The notes below the pieces were generated by a model, which saw nothing but the letters and a program-made list of their open reading frames with translations, was not told the origin of the DNA and ran no database searches. From a virus, in the IMG/VR virus record IMGVR_UViG_3300007539_000009, positions 1-64,000 of that record: 64,000 nt of DNA. One strand, written 5' to 3'. Positions 8,566 to 16,920 of the stretch are shown piece by piece (the stretch's first letter is position 1; the number at the start of each line of letters is the position of its first letter). Both the position numbers and the translations under genes were made by a program.

Positions 8566-9222
8566 ATGGTCATGACCTTTCTTCTGATCGTCATCGTCGG
8601 CCTTCTGGCCGTTCTCACTGCCTCCGCCGTCCTTGGCGTGAGCGCGAGCCTCCTCATCAACGAGGAGGACATCCGGGCCAAACTGTCGGACATCGACGCT
8701 CCGTACTTCGAGAGCGTCGAAGAGCAGGACTCATCCCAACGTCCCTTCACCGGGCTGTCGTGGGGAGAGCAAGGCGTGGATCCTCACGCCGCGTTCTTGC
8801 TTGCCCTCGGGCAGGCGGAATCATCGTGGCGTTTCGACGCCCCGATGGGGGACGGCGACAACGTCGCACCCGTGTACCAGCTGCGACCCATCTACATCGA
8901 AGACGCCGACAAGGACGGCATCTTCGATCCGCAGATGGTGAGGCCATCCGACGAGATGGAACTCGTCGGCAACTACATGCGGCGCTACGCCCCCAAGGCG
9001 TGGCACCAGCTCTACCAACCGGATGACTACGAGTCTCTGGTTGAGTCCGTACGCACCCTGGCGCGCGTGCACAACGGAGGCCCTCGCGGGGCCTCCAAGG
9101 CTTCAACCGAAGCCTACGGCGACAAGGTCGTCAACTACTTCAAATCCCTCCCGCTCTCGTGGGATGGCGCGGGCTACTTCGACCTCACCCTTGCGGCTGA
9201 TGCCGCCTGGGCGCAGCAGTAG
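8566..9222 (+). CDS. Membrane-anchored destabilase / i-type lysozyme-like muramidase
   Basis: N-terminal hydrophobic helix, then QAES..GDG..YQL..YIEDA..MRRY..LARVHNGGPRG..TEAYGDKV. Confidence 0.75.
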   Translation: MVMTFLLIVIVGLLAVLTASAVLGVSASLLINEEDIRAKLSDIDAPYFESVEEQDSSQRPFTGLSWGEQGVDPHAAFLLALGQAESSWRFDAPMGDGDNVAPVYQLRPIYIEDADKDGIFDPQMVRPSDEMELVGNYMRRYAPKAWHQLYQPDDYESLVESVRTLARVHNGGPRGASKASTEAYGDKVVNYFKSLPLSWDGAGYFDLTLAADAAWAQQ

Positions 9223-9225
9223 TTC

Positions 9226-9281
9226 GTCGGTCAGAACTGGCCCCTTGCGGCGCTTACGCGCGATTAGGGGTCAGTTCCGAC
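9226..9281 (+). other. Long intergenic hairpin
   Basis: gaactggcccct (9234-9245) pairs with aggggtcagttc (9266-9277); outer gtcg/cgac. Confidence 0.45.
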
Positions 9282-9288
9282 ACCTTGA

Positions 9289-9316
9289 GAAGGCCGCTCG
9301 CGCGGTCTTCTTTTTT
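9289..9316 (+). terminator. Intrinsic terminator
   Basis: gaaggccgc tcgc gcggtcttc followed by tttttt. Confidence 0.65.
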
Positions 9317-9349
9317 GCACACACCACAACTCAGCAACAACTCACTGCA

Positions 9350-10018
9350 ATGGCAACCAAGTCCCGTATCTCCAGCATCCCCCGTAAGAAGGTCAGCGTC
9401 GACGCACACGAGCGCAGCATGATCGAGCACCGTGTCCCCAGCGAGAAGGACATCGATCAGCTCATGTGGCAGGTGTACGACTACATCGAGAACACCGGAG
9501 AGTCGTACGCACAGTTTGCGAAGCGCACCGGGCTCAGCGTCGCTACGGTGTACCGACTCGTCGCGGAGGAGATCCCGACGGTCGGGTTTGCGGCCAAGAC
9601 ACTGCGTGCGCTACTCCACGCTGGAGTCGACATTCACTGGTACACCGACAAGTACTTCCCCAACCTCTTCTCCGATCTCCAGACGTCCGACTTCGTGGCT
9701 CAGATGCTCGAGCTCGGTATTGCGTTCGCCGGCTACGACGCGGAGCCGCAGGATCAGCTCTGGTCTCAGCAGCGGACCATGCTCGTGCTGGGTATCGGCG
9801 CTCGCCTTGCCCGGCTCGAGGGCACCAATCTCGAAGAGGGGGTCAACTACATGTACACTCTCATGCAGCAGTCCGGCCCGGGCCAGCCGGTCCGGATGGA
9901 TCAGGTGCTCGACGCGAAGTCGATGCAGGCGGTAGTCGACGCGGCTAGCGGCGAGCTGCGGCTGCTGAGCAACCACCGTCCGCGCAAGACGCGCAAGCGC
10001 GCAACCAAGAAGAAGTAG
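9350..10018 (+). CDS. HTH (XRE-like) DNA-binding protein with basic termini
   Basis: SYAQFAKRTGLSVATVYRLV HTH; C-terminal RPRKTRKRATKKK. Confidence 0.7.
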   Translation: MATKSRISSIPRKKVSVDAHERSMIEHRVPSEKDIDQLMWQVYDYIENTGESYAQFAKRTGLSVATVYRLVAEEIPTVGFAAKTLRALLHAGVDIHWYTDKYFPNLFSDLQTSDFVAQMLELGIAFAGYDAEPQDQLWSQQRTMLVLGIGARLARLEGTNLEEGVNYMYTLMQQSGPGQPVRMDQVLDAKSMQAVVDAASGELRLLSNHRPRKTRKRATKKK

Positions 10019-10029
10019 TCATGCAATAT

Positions 10030-10072
10030 GGCCCCTCGTCCCTGGCATAGGGCGGGGGGCCGCTCTTCTTTT
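10030..10072 (+). terminator. Intrinsic terminator
   Basis: ggcccctcgtccct / agggcggggggcc stem followed by tcttctttt. Confidence 0.55.
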
Positions 10073-10089
10073 AGCAGCACAATGTGTGC

Positions 10090-11118
10090 ATGCAGCAGAA
10101 CACCAGACTTGTCACGGGTGCGCTCGTGGCGGCAGTCACAGTCGCAGCGGTTTTAGGGCCGCAGCGCACACCTCAAGGGTCGGTTCAGATCTCCAAGCCC
10201 ATCGTACAAGCGCAGATGTTGCCAGGAGGCGTGACCACCGGAGTCTACGCTCCTGACGGCGTCGGCAACGGATACCAGGACTACAAGCTGTGGCTTCCTG
10301 ACCATGGACAGCCTGCGCCGCTCCTGATGTTCAACCTCGGCGGCGGCTGGACTGAGCCATCACCTCTGCCGGAGAACTTGCCGGCATCGTTCGAGCCGTG
10401 GGTTGAAGCTGGCTTCGCCTTCGCGCTCTGCCGGTACACATGGACGGACGACCAGTTCTTACTGAACGGCGAGTTCCCTGCGGCTGAACAAGATGCGCAG
10501 CGCGCCATCCAACACTTCCGACACAACGCTTCGCGGTTACGCCTCAACCCTGACGCCATCTGCGCGATGGGCCGATCGGCTGGAGCGCACAACATGCTGT
10601 GGGCAATGCTGCGGCAAGACGCAGCAGATAGCCGCCTGGAAGGCCAGGGGTCAGCGAGCTCCAAGCCGGATGTAGTACTGCTCCGTGCGCTCGCGCTAGT
10701 GCACCTGCCGGCGAGCCTGCAACATCAGTTCTCGACAGGCGTCAAGCACTACGTCCCCACCGGCAAGCTGAAGGACCTCGGCATCGGAGCGCAGCTCAAC
10801 GCGTCAGCTACCACGTGGCTTGACGAAGCAGCTCCCGGAACAATCGAGGACATCCCTGTGTGCCTGACGTCTGGTTCTCAGAAATTGATCTATGGCACGG
10901 ACTTCCCGTACCCCTCGAACGCTATCGGGTTCAACCACGACCCGTGGAACGGAGCGGTGCTTTGGGCGCGGCTGCAGGAACGTGGGGGCGTCCACCTGAC
11001 GCATAGCCGTTACGTGTCCCTCTATGACACTCCGCTCACTGAGCAAGAACTCACCAAGCAGCAGATCCGCTGGACCAGAGCGATGCTTGACCACTTAGGG
11101 CAACCGCTTCCGAACTGA
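10090..11118 (+). CDS. Secreted alpha/beta-hydrolase (BD-FAE-like carboxylesterase)
   Basis: Signal-like N-terminus, KLWLP..PLLMFNLGGGW, DAQRAIQHFRHNA, nucleophile elbow GRSAG, C-terminal His (FNHDP). Confidence 0.8.
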   Translation: MQQNTRLVTGALVAAVTVAAVLGPQRTPQGSVQISKPIVQAQMLPGGVTTGVYAPDGVGNGYQDYKLWLPDHGQPAPLLMFNLGGGWTEPSPLPENLPASFEPWVEAGFAFALCRYTWTDDQFLLNGEFPAAEQDAQRAIQHFRHNASRLRLNPDAICAMGRSAGAHNMLWAMLRQDAADSRLEGQGSASSKPDVVLLRALALVHLPASLQHQFSTGVKHYVPTGKLKDLGIGAQLNASATTWLDEAAPGTIEDIPVCLTSGSQKLIYGTDFPYPSNAIGFNHDPWNGAVLWARLQERGGVHLTHSRYVSLYDTPLTEQELTKQQIRWTRAMLDHLGQPLPN

Positions 11119-11693
11119 TGGGCGTACAAGACGACAATCTAAGGATCGTCACCCTCGACGGCGATGCGTTCATTCGCACCTCGTTCGAAAATGGCGTTCA
11201 CTACCCTCACCACTACGTACGGCTCTTCGCATCGGACGGGGCAGAGTACAGCCCGGATCGTCCGCTGCCTGTGGCGCTGTACAGCGTCGGTGGGGTGGAG
11301 GTTGTCGTCGAGTCCGGCAACATCAACATCAACCTAGACCACGAGAACGACAGCGTGGTTGCGTACGGCACGCAAGCAGGCGGATCTCCGACTGCGTTGC
11401 GTGTCGATGCAGATGGTCACCTTCAAGTAGACATCGTTTCAGGAGACTGGCAGCAGTATGAAGTAGACACAGTACCCGACGCGCAGTACAGCGGCACGAT
11501 TGCCGTGGGTCTGCAAACAGGATCACCAGGGCCTGTAGTGGGCAACGGCACGTACGCACCACTGCAGTTCTCAGACAACGGAGCGCTGCTCGTTAGCCTC
11601 GGCACTGCGGGCGCTTCCGGCTCATTCACGACAGCCGATTCTCCCCCTAGAACGGTAACCGTGACAAACGGCTACATCACCTCTATTACATGA
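11118..11693 (+). CDS. Short fibre-like protein, paralog of the N-terminus of the 11945..14746 fibre
   Basis: DNL..DA.IRTS..G.H.P.H..RL..G.EY..RP.PVALY is shared with the long fibre; ends TVTVTNGYITSIT. Confidence 0.65.
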   Translation: MGVQDDNLRIVTLDGDAFIRTSFENGVHYPHHYVRLFASDGAEYSPDRPLPVALYSVGGVEVVVESGNININLDHENDSVVAYGTQAGGSPTALRVDADGHLQVDIVSGDWQQYEVDTVPDAQYSGTIAVGLQTGSPGPVVGNGTYAPLQFSDNGALLVSLGTAGASGSFTTADSPPRTVTVTNGYITSIT

Positions 11694-11890
11694 CCAACTA
11701 CGTTTACGAAGAGTGCTCTCATTGCCAAGGGACTGGAAACTGCAACGAATGCGACGGATCAGGGGACGAGTACAACGAAAACGGAGATAGGACCGGAGAC
11801 TCCTGCTCTATGTGCGGAGGTCACGGTGAGTGCAGCGAGTGCGACGGTACGGGCGAAGAAGAGGTCGAGGTAGACGACGATGACGACTGA
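11690..11890 (+). CDS. Stand-alone DnaJ-type zinc-finger protein with acidic tail
   Basis: Four CxxCxGxG repeats (CSHCQGTG, CNECDGSG, CSMCGGHG, CSECDGTG). Confidence 0.7.
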   Translation: MTNYVYEECSHCQGTGNCNECDGSGDEYNENGDRTGDSCSMCGGHGECSECDGTGEEEVEVDDDDD

Positions 11891-11915
11891 GCAGAAGCTC
11901 AAGTAGATAACGAGC

Positions 11916-11946
11916 AGGCCGGTCGACCACCCGGCCTCTCTTCTTT
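11916..11946. terminator. Hairpin at convergent gene junction
   Basis: aggccgg/ccggcct stem followed by ctcttcttt. Confidence 0.45.
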
Positions 11947-14746
11947 ACAGCACAGTCCGGAACCAAGCAGTGACTACGTTTGGTGTGCCAGTACCCGAAG
12001 AGGTGTTTGTGGTGAATCCGACCACATCCCCGGCTGCAAACTGAACTGGCGACGACAGCTCGGTGTACGTGTTGTTAGGCGTAGCAGCACCGCCTGATAT
12101 CATCGAGTATGCGTTCGTTCCGTTTTTCTCGATATCGACAGTTGCTGTACCAGACGCAAGACTGAGTGCCGCTGCAAATAGCTCACACTTAGGTACAAGC
12201 ACCCCTTGGCCTGATGGCATGTTGGCGCCGTTACCGAACGCCCATTCGGTCGCACCCCCAGTACCTAGCGCTGCGTTCTCCTCGGCCCAGATAGCGAAGA
12301 CACCTACAGCGCCCAGCCGATTATCGATACCAGACAAATGTGACGACAGGTGGTCGACATTGTTGTGAGTAGGCGACTCAGTACTGGGGGAGTAATGCGT
12401 AGGGGTGAAATCTATGCCTAGCTTGTCAGCATCGATTGCGTCACTGCCGCCCAAGATGTGTGTCTCAATCACTGACCCGTGAGCAGTCGTTGCGTACAGC
12501 GTATCCAGGCTAAAGTTTGTCCACGTAGCTCCGCTGTATAGCAGCACATGAGCGACGGCAGGTGTGGTGAGGGTCACATCGCTCAGGTCATTGATGCTTA
12601 GTGAGATGCCACCGACTTCTGCGTCAACGTAACCCTTGTTGGCTGCAGAGCCTGCAACCGTAGGACTTGGTACGGCTACTTCACCGCTAAACGCACGTGT
12701 GCCGTCAACCAGCGAGTATTGGGTATGGTCATCATCCGCCAACCCACCGAGTGCGCCGTGATCAGTGATGACGTTAGCGGTGAGTTGGCCGTCGACGTAG
12801 CCCTTATTAGCAGCAGACCCAGCGGCCGTAGGGCTGGGTACCACAACTTCGCCCGTGAAATCGCGCGATCCGTCTGCCAACGAGTATTGCGTGTGGTCAT
12901 CATCACCCAAGCCTCCTAGAGCACCGTGATCGGTGATGACGGGAGGTAGGGCGCTTATCTGTGCGTCGACGTATCCTTTGTTACTAGCGTCAGCGCTTGT
13001 GGTCGGGGAAGACAGGCTGGTGAGCTTGTTGGACCCCATCGACTGATCGCCTGTAAACGCACGGGTGCCGTCAGCTCGTGTGTATTGGGTGTGATCGTCA
13101 TCAGTTAAGCCAGACAGGCCACCATGCTCTGTGATGACGGTGATCCCGGCTACTTGCGTATCGACGTAGCCCTTGTTAGCCGCTGACCCGCCGGCCGTGG
13201 GACTGGGAACTACGACCTCCCCACTGAAGGCCCGAGTTCCGTCGGCCAGTGAGTACTGGGTGTGATCGTCATCGCCAAGACCACCTAGTGCTCCGTGATC
13301 GGTGACGATATTGGTGGCGATCTCAGTGTCAACGTAGCCCTTGTTTGCTGCCGACCCACTGGCAGTAGGACTAGGGACAACGACTTCACCGCTGAAGTCT
13401 CTCGAGCCATCCGCCAGTGAGTATTGCGTATGATCGTCGTCACCGAGACCCGACAGCCCACCGTGGTCTGTGATCACAGTGATGCCGCCTACCTGATCGT
13501 CGACGTAGCCTTTGTTTGCTACTGAGTCTCCTGCCGTAGGGCTGGGCGCAGTGACCTGACCGCTGAAGCCTCGAGTGCCGTCAACAAGGACGTACTGCGT
13601 GTGGTCATCATCAACAAGTCCAGTCAGTGCTCCGTGGTCCGTGACCAGCGTGGGCTTGTTGAGAATCTCTGCGTCGCCACCGACTGCGTTCCAATCCGCG
13701 TTGACATTGACCTCTGCACCGGCAGCGATGCCCGACAGCTTTGTCTGTTCGGCGTCAGTGAACGCATTGGTATCTGCTTCACCTTCGTAGGCAGCCTTGA
13801 TCTCCGCGCCTGTTTGATCAGCGGTGGCCCCGGACTCGATACCGTCGAGCTTCGCACCATCTGCTGATACGTCGCGACCGTCGACGTTACCAACGTTGGT
13901 GATGGCGTTGGCCCCCATGTTGAGGCCGCCTGACATGCTGCGAGTACCATTGGTGAGCAGGTATTGCGTGTGGTCATCATCACCCAGGCCAGTAAGAGCC
14001 CCGTGGTCACTCGTGCCACCACCTGTGCCCAGAGGCACCGCCCACACCAAGTCGCCTCGCAGGAACTTGGCAGGGCTGCTGGCGTCCGGAGACAGCCACT
14101 TCAGACCGCCCGTGACGCTCGAGTCCGCTACGAGAATCGAGTTGTCGGATCCGACCTCCAAAACGAAGTCCGTAGATCCGTCATAAGTAAGTAGATCACC
14201 CTTTTGCGTGAACGGGATCATCGCCACGCTGTTGGCGAAGCTGACATAGACGCGACCTTCGTCGTCCATGATCAATGGTGCCAGCCTGCCGTTGCCGGTG
14301 GTCTGGCTGGCCGGGGTAGCCCCTACCTGCACACCCAGCACCACCTGCCCTGCGTTGCTAGCGGGCGACGCGTAGGCCGACCCGATGCGCGGGTGGCTGG
14401 CCAAGGTGATCGCGTCAACCTCGAGCTCGCGCGCATAGTTGACGCGAAGCTGCTGCGCCTCGTCCCCGGGACCCACCCCGTAGATCGAGATCGAGTCACT
14501 TGACGCGTCCGTGTCGACATCGATAGCGTCAGCCACGAGCACGATGGGCGATCCGGAGGTCGCGTAGAGCGCAACAGGGACAGGGCGGTTCGCCCCATAC
14601 TCGTTACCGCTTCCGTCGAGCAGTCGAGACTTGTGATACGGCGTGTGAATGCCGCCGGACTCAGAAGTCCGAATCACTGCGTCGTCTAGGAAGCCGTCTT
14701 TTACAGAGAGATTGTCTGACATGGTTACAGCCGTGGCCACGCCCAT
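11945..14746 (-). CDS. Long tail-fibre / receptor-binding protein (start may be ATG 14722)
   Basis: Mosaic of fibre motifs: KGDLLTYDG..VGSDNSILVADS..GLKW, GAKLDGIESGATADQ, DHGALxGLxDDDHTQY repeats, ANKGYVD, LSDV..VLLY.G.TW.N. Confidence 0.85.
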   Translation of the reverse strand: MGVATAVTMSDNLSVKDGFLDDAVIRTSESGGIHTPYHKSRLLDGSGNEYGANRPVPVALYATSGSPIVLVADAIDVDTDASSDSISIYGVGPGDEAQQLRVNYARELEVDAITLASHPRIGSAYASPASNAGQVVLGVQVGATPASQTTGNGRLAPLIMDDEGRVYVSFANSVAMIPFTQKGDLLTYDGSTDFVLEVGSDNSILVADSSVTGGLKWLSPDASSPAKFLRGDLVWAVPLGTGGGTSDHGALTGLGDDDHTQYLLTNGTRSMSGGLNMGANAITNVGNVDGRDVSADGAKLDGIESGATADQTGAEIKAAYEGEADTNAFTDAEQTKLSGIAAGAEVNVNADWNAVGGDAEILNKPTLVTDHGALTGLVDDDHTQYVLVDGTRGFSGQVTAPSPTAGDSVANKGYVDDQVGGITVITDHGGLSGLGDDDHTQYSLADGSRDFSGEVVVPSPTASGSAANKGYVDTEIATNIVTDHGALGGLGDDDHTQYSLADGTRAFSGEVVVPSPTAGGSAANKGYVDTQVAGITVITEHGGLSGLTDDDHTQYTRADGTRAFTGDQSMGSNKLTSLSSPTTSADASNKGYVDAQISALPPVITDHGALGGLGDDDHTQYSLADGSRDFTGEVVVPSPTAAGSAANKGYVDGQLTANVITDHGALGGLADDDHTQYSLVDGTRAFSGEVAVPSPTVAGSAANKGYVDAEVGGISLSINDLSDVTLTTPAVAHVLLYSGATWTNFSLDTLYATTAHGSVIETHILGGSDAIDADKLGIDFTPTHYSPSTESPTHNNVDHLSSHLSGIDNRLGAVGVFAIWAEENAALGTGGATEWAFGNGANMPSGQGVLVPKCELFAAALSLASGTATVDIEKNGTNAYSMISGGAATPNNTYTELSSPVQFAAGDVVGFTTNTSSGTGTPNVVTAWFRTVL
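12610..14010 (-). repeat. Seven DHGxLxGLxDDDHTQY modules, six of them in near-tandem 56-66 aa units
   Basis: Counted in the translation; DNA copies are diverged. Confidence 0.9.
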
Positions 14747-14772
14747 TGTGGTGTTAGCGGAGTAGGGGTCCC

Positions 14773-15810
14773 ATGCGAGAAGATCACCTGCGGGGGCTGC
14801 TAGCGCAGCTTCCTCACGTTCTCGACGTCAAGTATGCCGGAGACCGCCTCGTCACCAACTGCGTAGTTGCTCCGATCAAGCACGAAGGCGGAGTAGACAG
14901 ACACCCGTCGATGACAATCACGTACGACGAAGGTGCGAGCTTCTGCTTCTGCCACGCCTGCGGCTGGATGGGAACAATCGAGGACGCCTTTGGGTTCCTC
15001 AGTCAGCGGCTAAGCAGGTCTGACCACCTGAGGAGTACAGTAGGTGCGCTGCACCTGCGGGTCGCGGATTTGGAGAAGCTGGACTTCCCCAACCTTGAGC
15101 GGTCGATGGCTAAGCGAAAGCAGCCGCCGGTACGGGAGCACACCAAGCTCTGGTCAAAGCTCGTGCAGCACAGATGGTCGCAAGCGGCTATTGATCTGTG
15201 CGCAGCAAAGAATGTTGATCCCGAATATGCGCGAACAAAGTTCGGTGTGGCATTCATTCCTGAAGGGACTGAAGACTTCGCCTTTGGACGTGATGAGTTC
15301 GGCGATCCAAAGGAACTGCATCAAGATGTTCTCGCGTTCCCTTCGCTGATCAGACGCGAAGGACGCTTGACCTGCATCGGAGCACAAGCGAGGGCTACTG
15401 AGCCCACCAGCTCCGGCAGCAAGTACTGGTCACTACTGGAAGGCTTCAAAGCTCACCAACACTTCTTTGGGTACCATCTAGCGGCGTCTTGGCGACGACG
15501 CGTCATCGCCCTGGTCGAGGGTCCGTTTGACGCCATGCACTTGGCACAGATCGGAGTGCCTGCCCTCGGTCTCCACGGCCTCTACATGAGCGACCAAAAG
15601 GCTGCCAAGCTGCGGCTGCTTGACCCGCCGCTGGTCGTCGTGCTCTTAGACCCTGATACTGCGGGAGTTACGGCCGCCGAAAGAGTCAACTACATCTTGT
15701 CCCAGAACGGCTTCAACGCTACCATTACTCACCTAGGGCTTGATCCCAAGCACTACGATGTGGACTCCCTGCGCCACGAGGCGCCGGAGCTCTTCCCTGA
15801 CCTCAACTAG
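14773..15810 (+). CDS. dnaG: DNA primase (zinc-binding plus TOPRIM domains)
   Basis: DRHPSM..FCFCHACG zinc-binding domain; ALVEGPFDA and LLDPDTAG TOPRIM motifs. Confidence 0.88.
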   Translation: MREDHLRGLLAQLPHVLDVKYAGDRLVTNCVVAPIKHEGGVDRHPSMTITYDEGASFCFCHACGWMGTIEDAFGFLSQRLSRSDHLRSTVGALHLRVADLEKLDFPNLERSMAKRKQPPVREHTKLWSKLVQHRWSQAAIDLCAAKNVDPEYARTKFGVAFIPEGTEDFAFGRDEFGDPKELHQDVLAFPSLIRREGRLTCIGAQARATEPTSSGSKYWSLLEGFKAHQHFFGYHLAASWRRRVIALVEGPFDAMHLAQIGVPALGLHGLYMSDQKAAKLRLLDPPLVVVLLDPDTAGVTAAERVNYILSQNGFNATITHLGLDPKHYDVDSLRHEAPELFPDLN

Positions 15811-15833
15811 CAACTCGAAAAGCAATTCGACCA

Positions 15834-16850
15834 ATGTCTAACAACGATCTCTTCGACGACTCTGAGCCCACTGGTTCCGGCATTGCCGGCCTGAACGTCG
15901 TCCGCCAGCAAGGGCTGGGCGGCATGGCAGGTGAACTGCCGTTCACTGCACTGTGGAAGTCCGCGCCTGGGTTCCCCTTCTACATGAAGGCGGACACCAG
16001 CAAGAAGCTCATCTTCTTGACGGAGCCCGTGGTGAAGCTCGGCTACCCAATCATCGTCAAGTACAACAGCGGCAAGAACGGCCAGTTCGCTGACACCATC
16101 GAAGTCGTGAGCGGTGCTTACGACAACGCGGAAGCGGTGAAGAAAGGCAACGACCCGTTCACCGTGGCTTTCTGTGACCGCGACCCGTCGGCGTACATGT
16201 TCGCTGTCGTGTTCGACCGCACCCCGTGGGAGCACAAGGACAAGCCGGGGGTCCTAATCCCTGGTTCGGTCCGCCTCTGGGTGACCAACAACGCGAAGGT
16301 GCAGAACCAGCTGGACCAGATCGCCAAGTACCAGCTGGGTGGCAAGTTCACCGGGGCCGCGTTCAACGTCTCGCGCAGTGCGGAGCGGAACTCGGCACGC
16401 GTCGGTGACAGTTACACGTTCCTCGGCAAGCACTTCCCCATGGATCAAGTGCGGAAGAGCATGGGCGGCCAGATGTGCAGCATCTTCGACAAGTTCGACA
16501 TGGGGACGCGCCTTGCGTACCCCGGCGACGAGCTGGCTACCAAGATGGTGCTGCACCACAAGCGCATGAAGGACAAGCAGCCGAACATCGAGGCGTACTC
16601 GTACAACGCCGATGGGGTGCAAGCAGTCCAGAATGGGACGTGGAAGTCCATGGCAAGCTCCGACGACATGTCTGAGCTGGATGACGTGCTCAGCGGTGGG
16701 GGTGTCACCACGACCACGACGACTGATGGGGGCGGCCTCGATTTCCTCGATGATCTCGACGAAGGCACGCCCGAGCCGGAGGCTGATGACAAGCCGACGG
16801 TTGAGCCGGAGGAGGACAACCCCTTCGGTGATGACGAAGACGCCAAGTGA
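15834..16850 (+). CDS. Single-stranded DNA-binding protein-like (gp32-type)
   Basis: Between primase and polymerase; aromatic-rich core, long acidic tail ending DNPFGDDEDAK, highly biased codons. Confidence 0.6.
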   Translation: MSNNDLFDDSEPTGSGIAGLNVVRQQGLGGMAGELPFTALWKSAPGFPFYMKADTSKKLIFLTEPVVKLGYPIIVKYNSGKNGQFADTIEVVSGAYDNAEAVKKGNDPFTVAFCDRDPSAYMFAVVFDRTPWEHKDKPGVLIPGSVRLWVTNNAKVQNQLDQIAKYQLGGKFTGAAFNVSRSAERNSARVGDSYTFLGKHFPMDQVRKSMGGQMCSIFDKFDMGTRLAYPGDELATKMVLHHKRMKDKQPNIEAYSYNADGVQAVQNGTWKSMASSDDMSELDDVLSGGGVTTTTTTDGGGLDFLDDLDEGTPEPEADDKPTVEPEEDNPFGDDEDAK

Positions 16851-16920
16851 CGTCTAGACGTTGATTCAGGCCCGCAGTCTCTCCGGAGGGGACTGCGGGC
16901 TGCTGACATTCGGAGTAGGT

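Noticed and set aside
9023-9349. Extended N-terminus of the HTH gene (listed start 9023)
   Set aside because: It overlaps the lysozyme and runs through a terminator; ATG 9350 is more plausible. Listed starts 5663, 8467, 27645, 32953, 33399, 34415 and 35080 were shortened for similar reasons.
12610-14010. Regular repeats as a CRISPR array
   Set aside because: They are in-frame, synonymously diverged protein repeats with no unique spacers or cas genes.
11118-14746. Gin/Cin-type invertible fibre segment
   Set aside because: No invertase gene and no short exact inverted crossover sites are visible; DNA similarity between the paralogs is only moderate.
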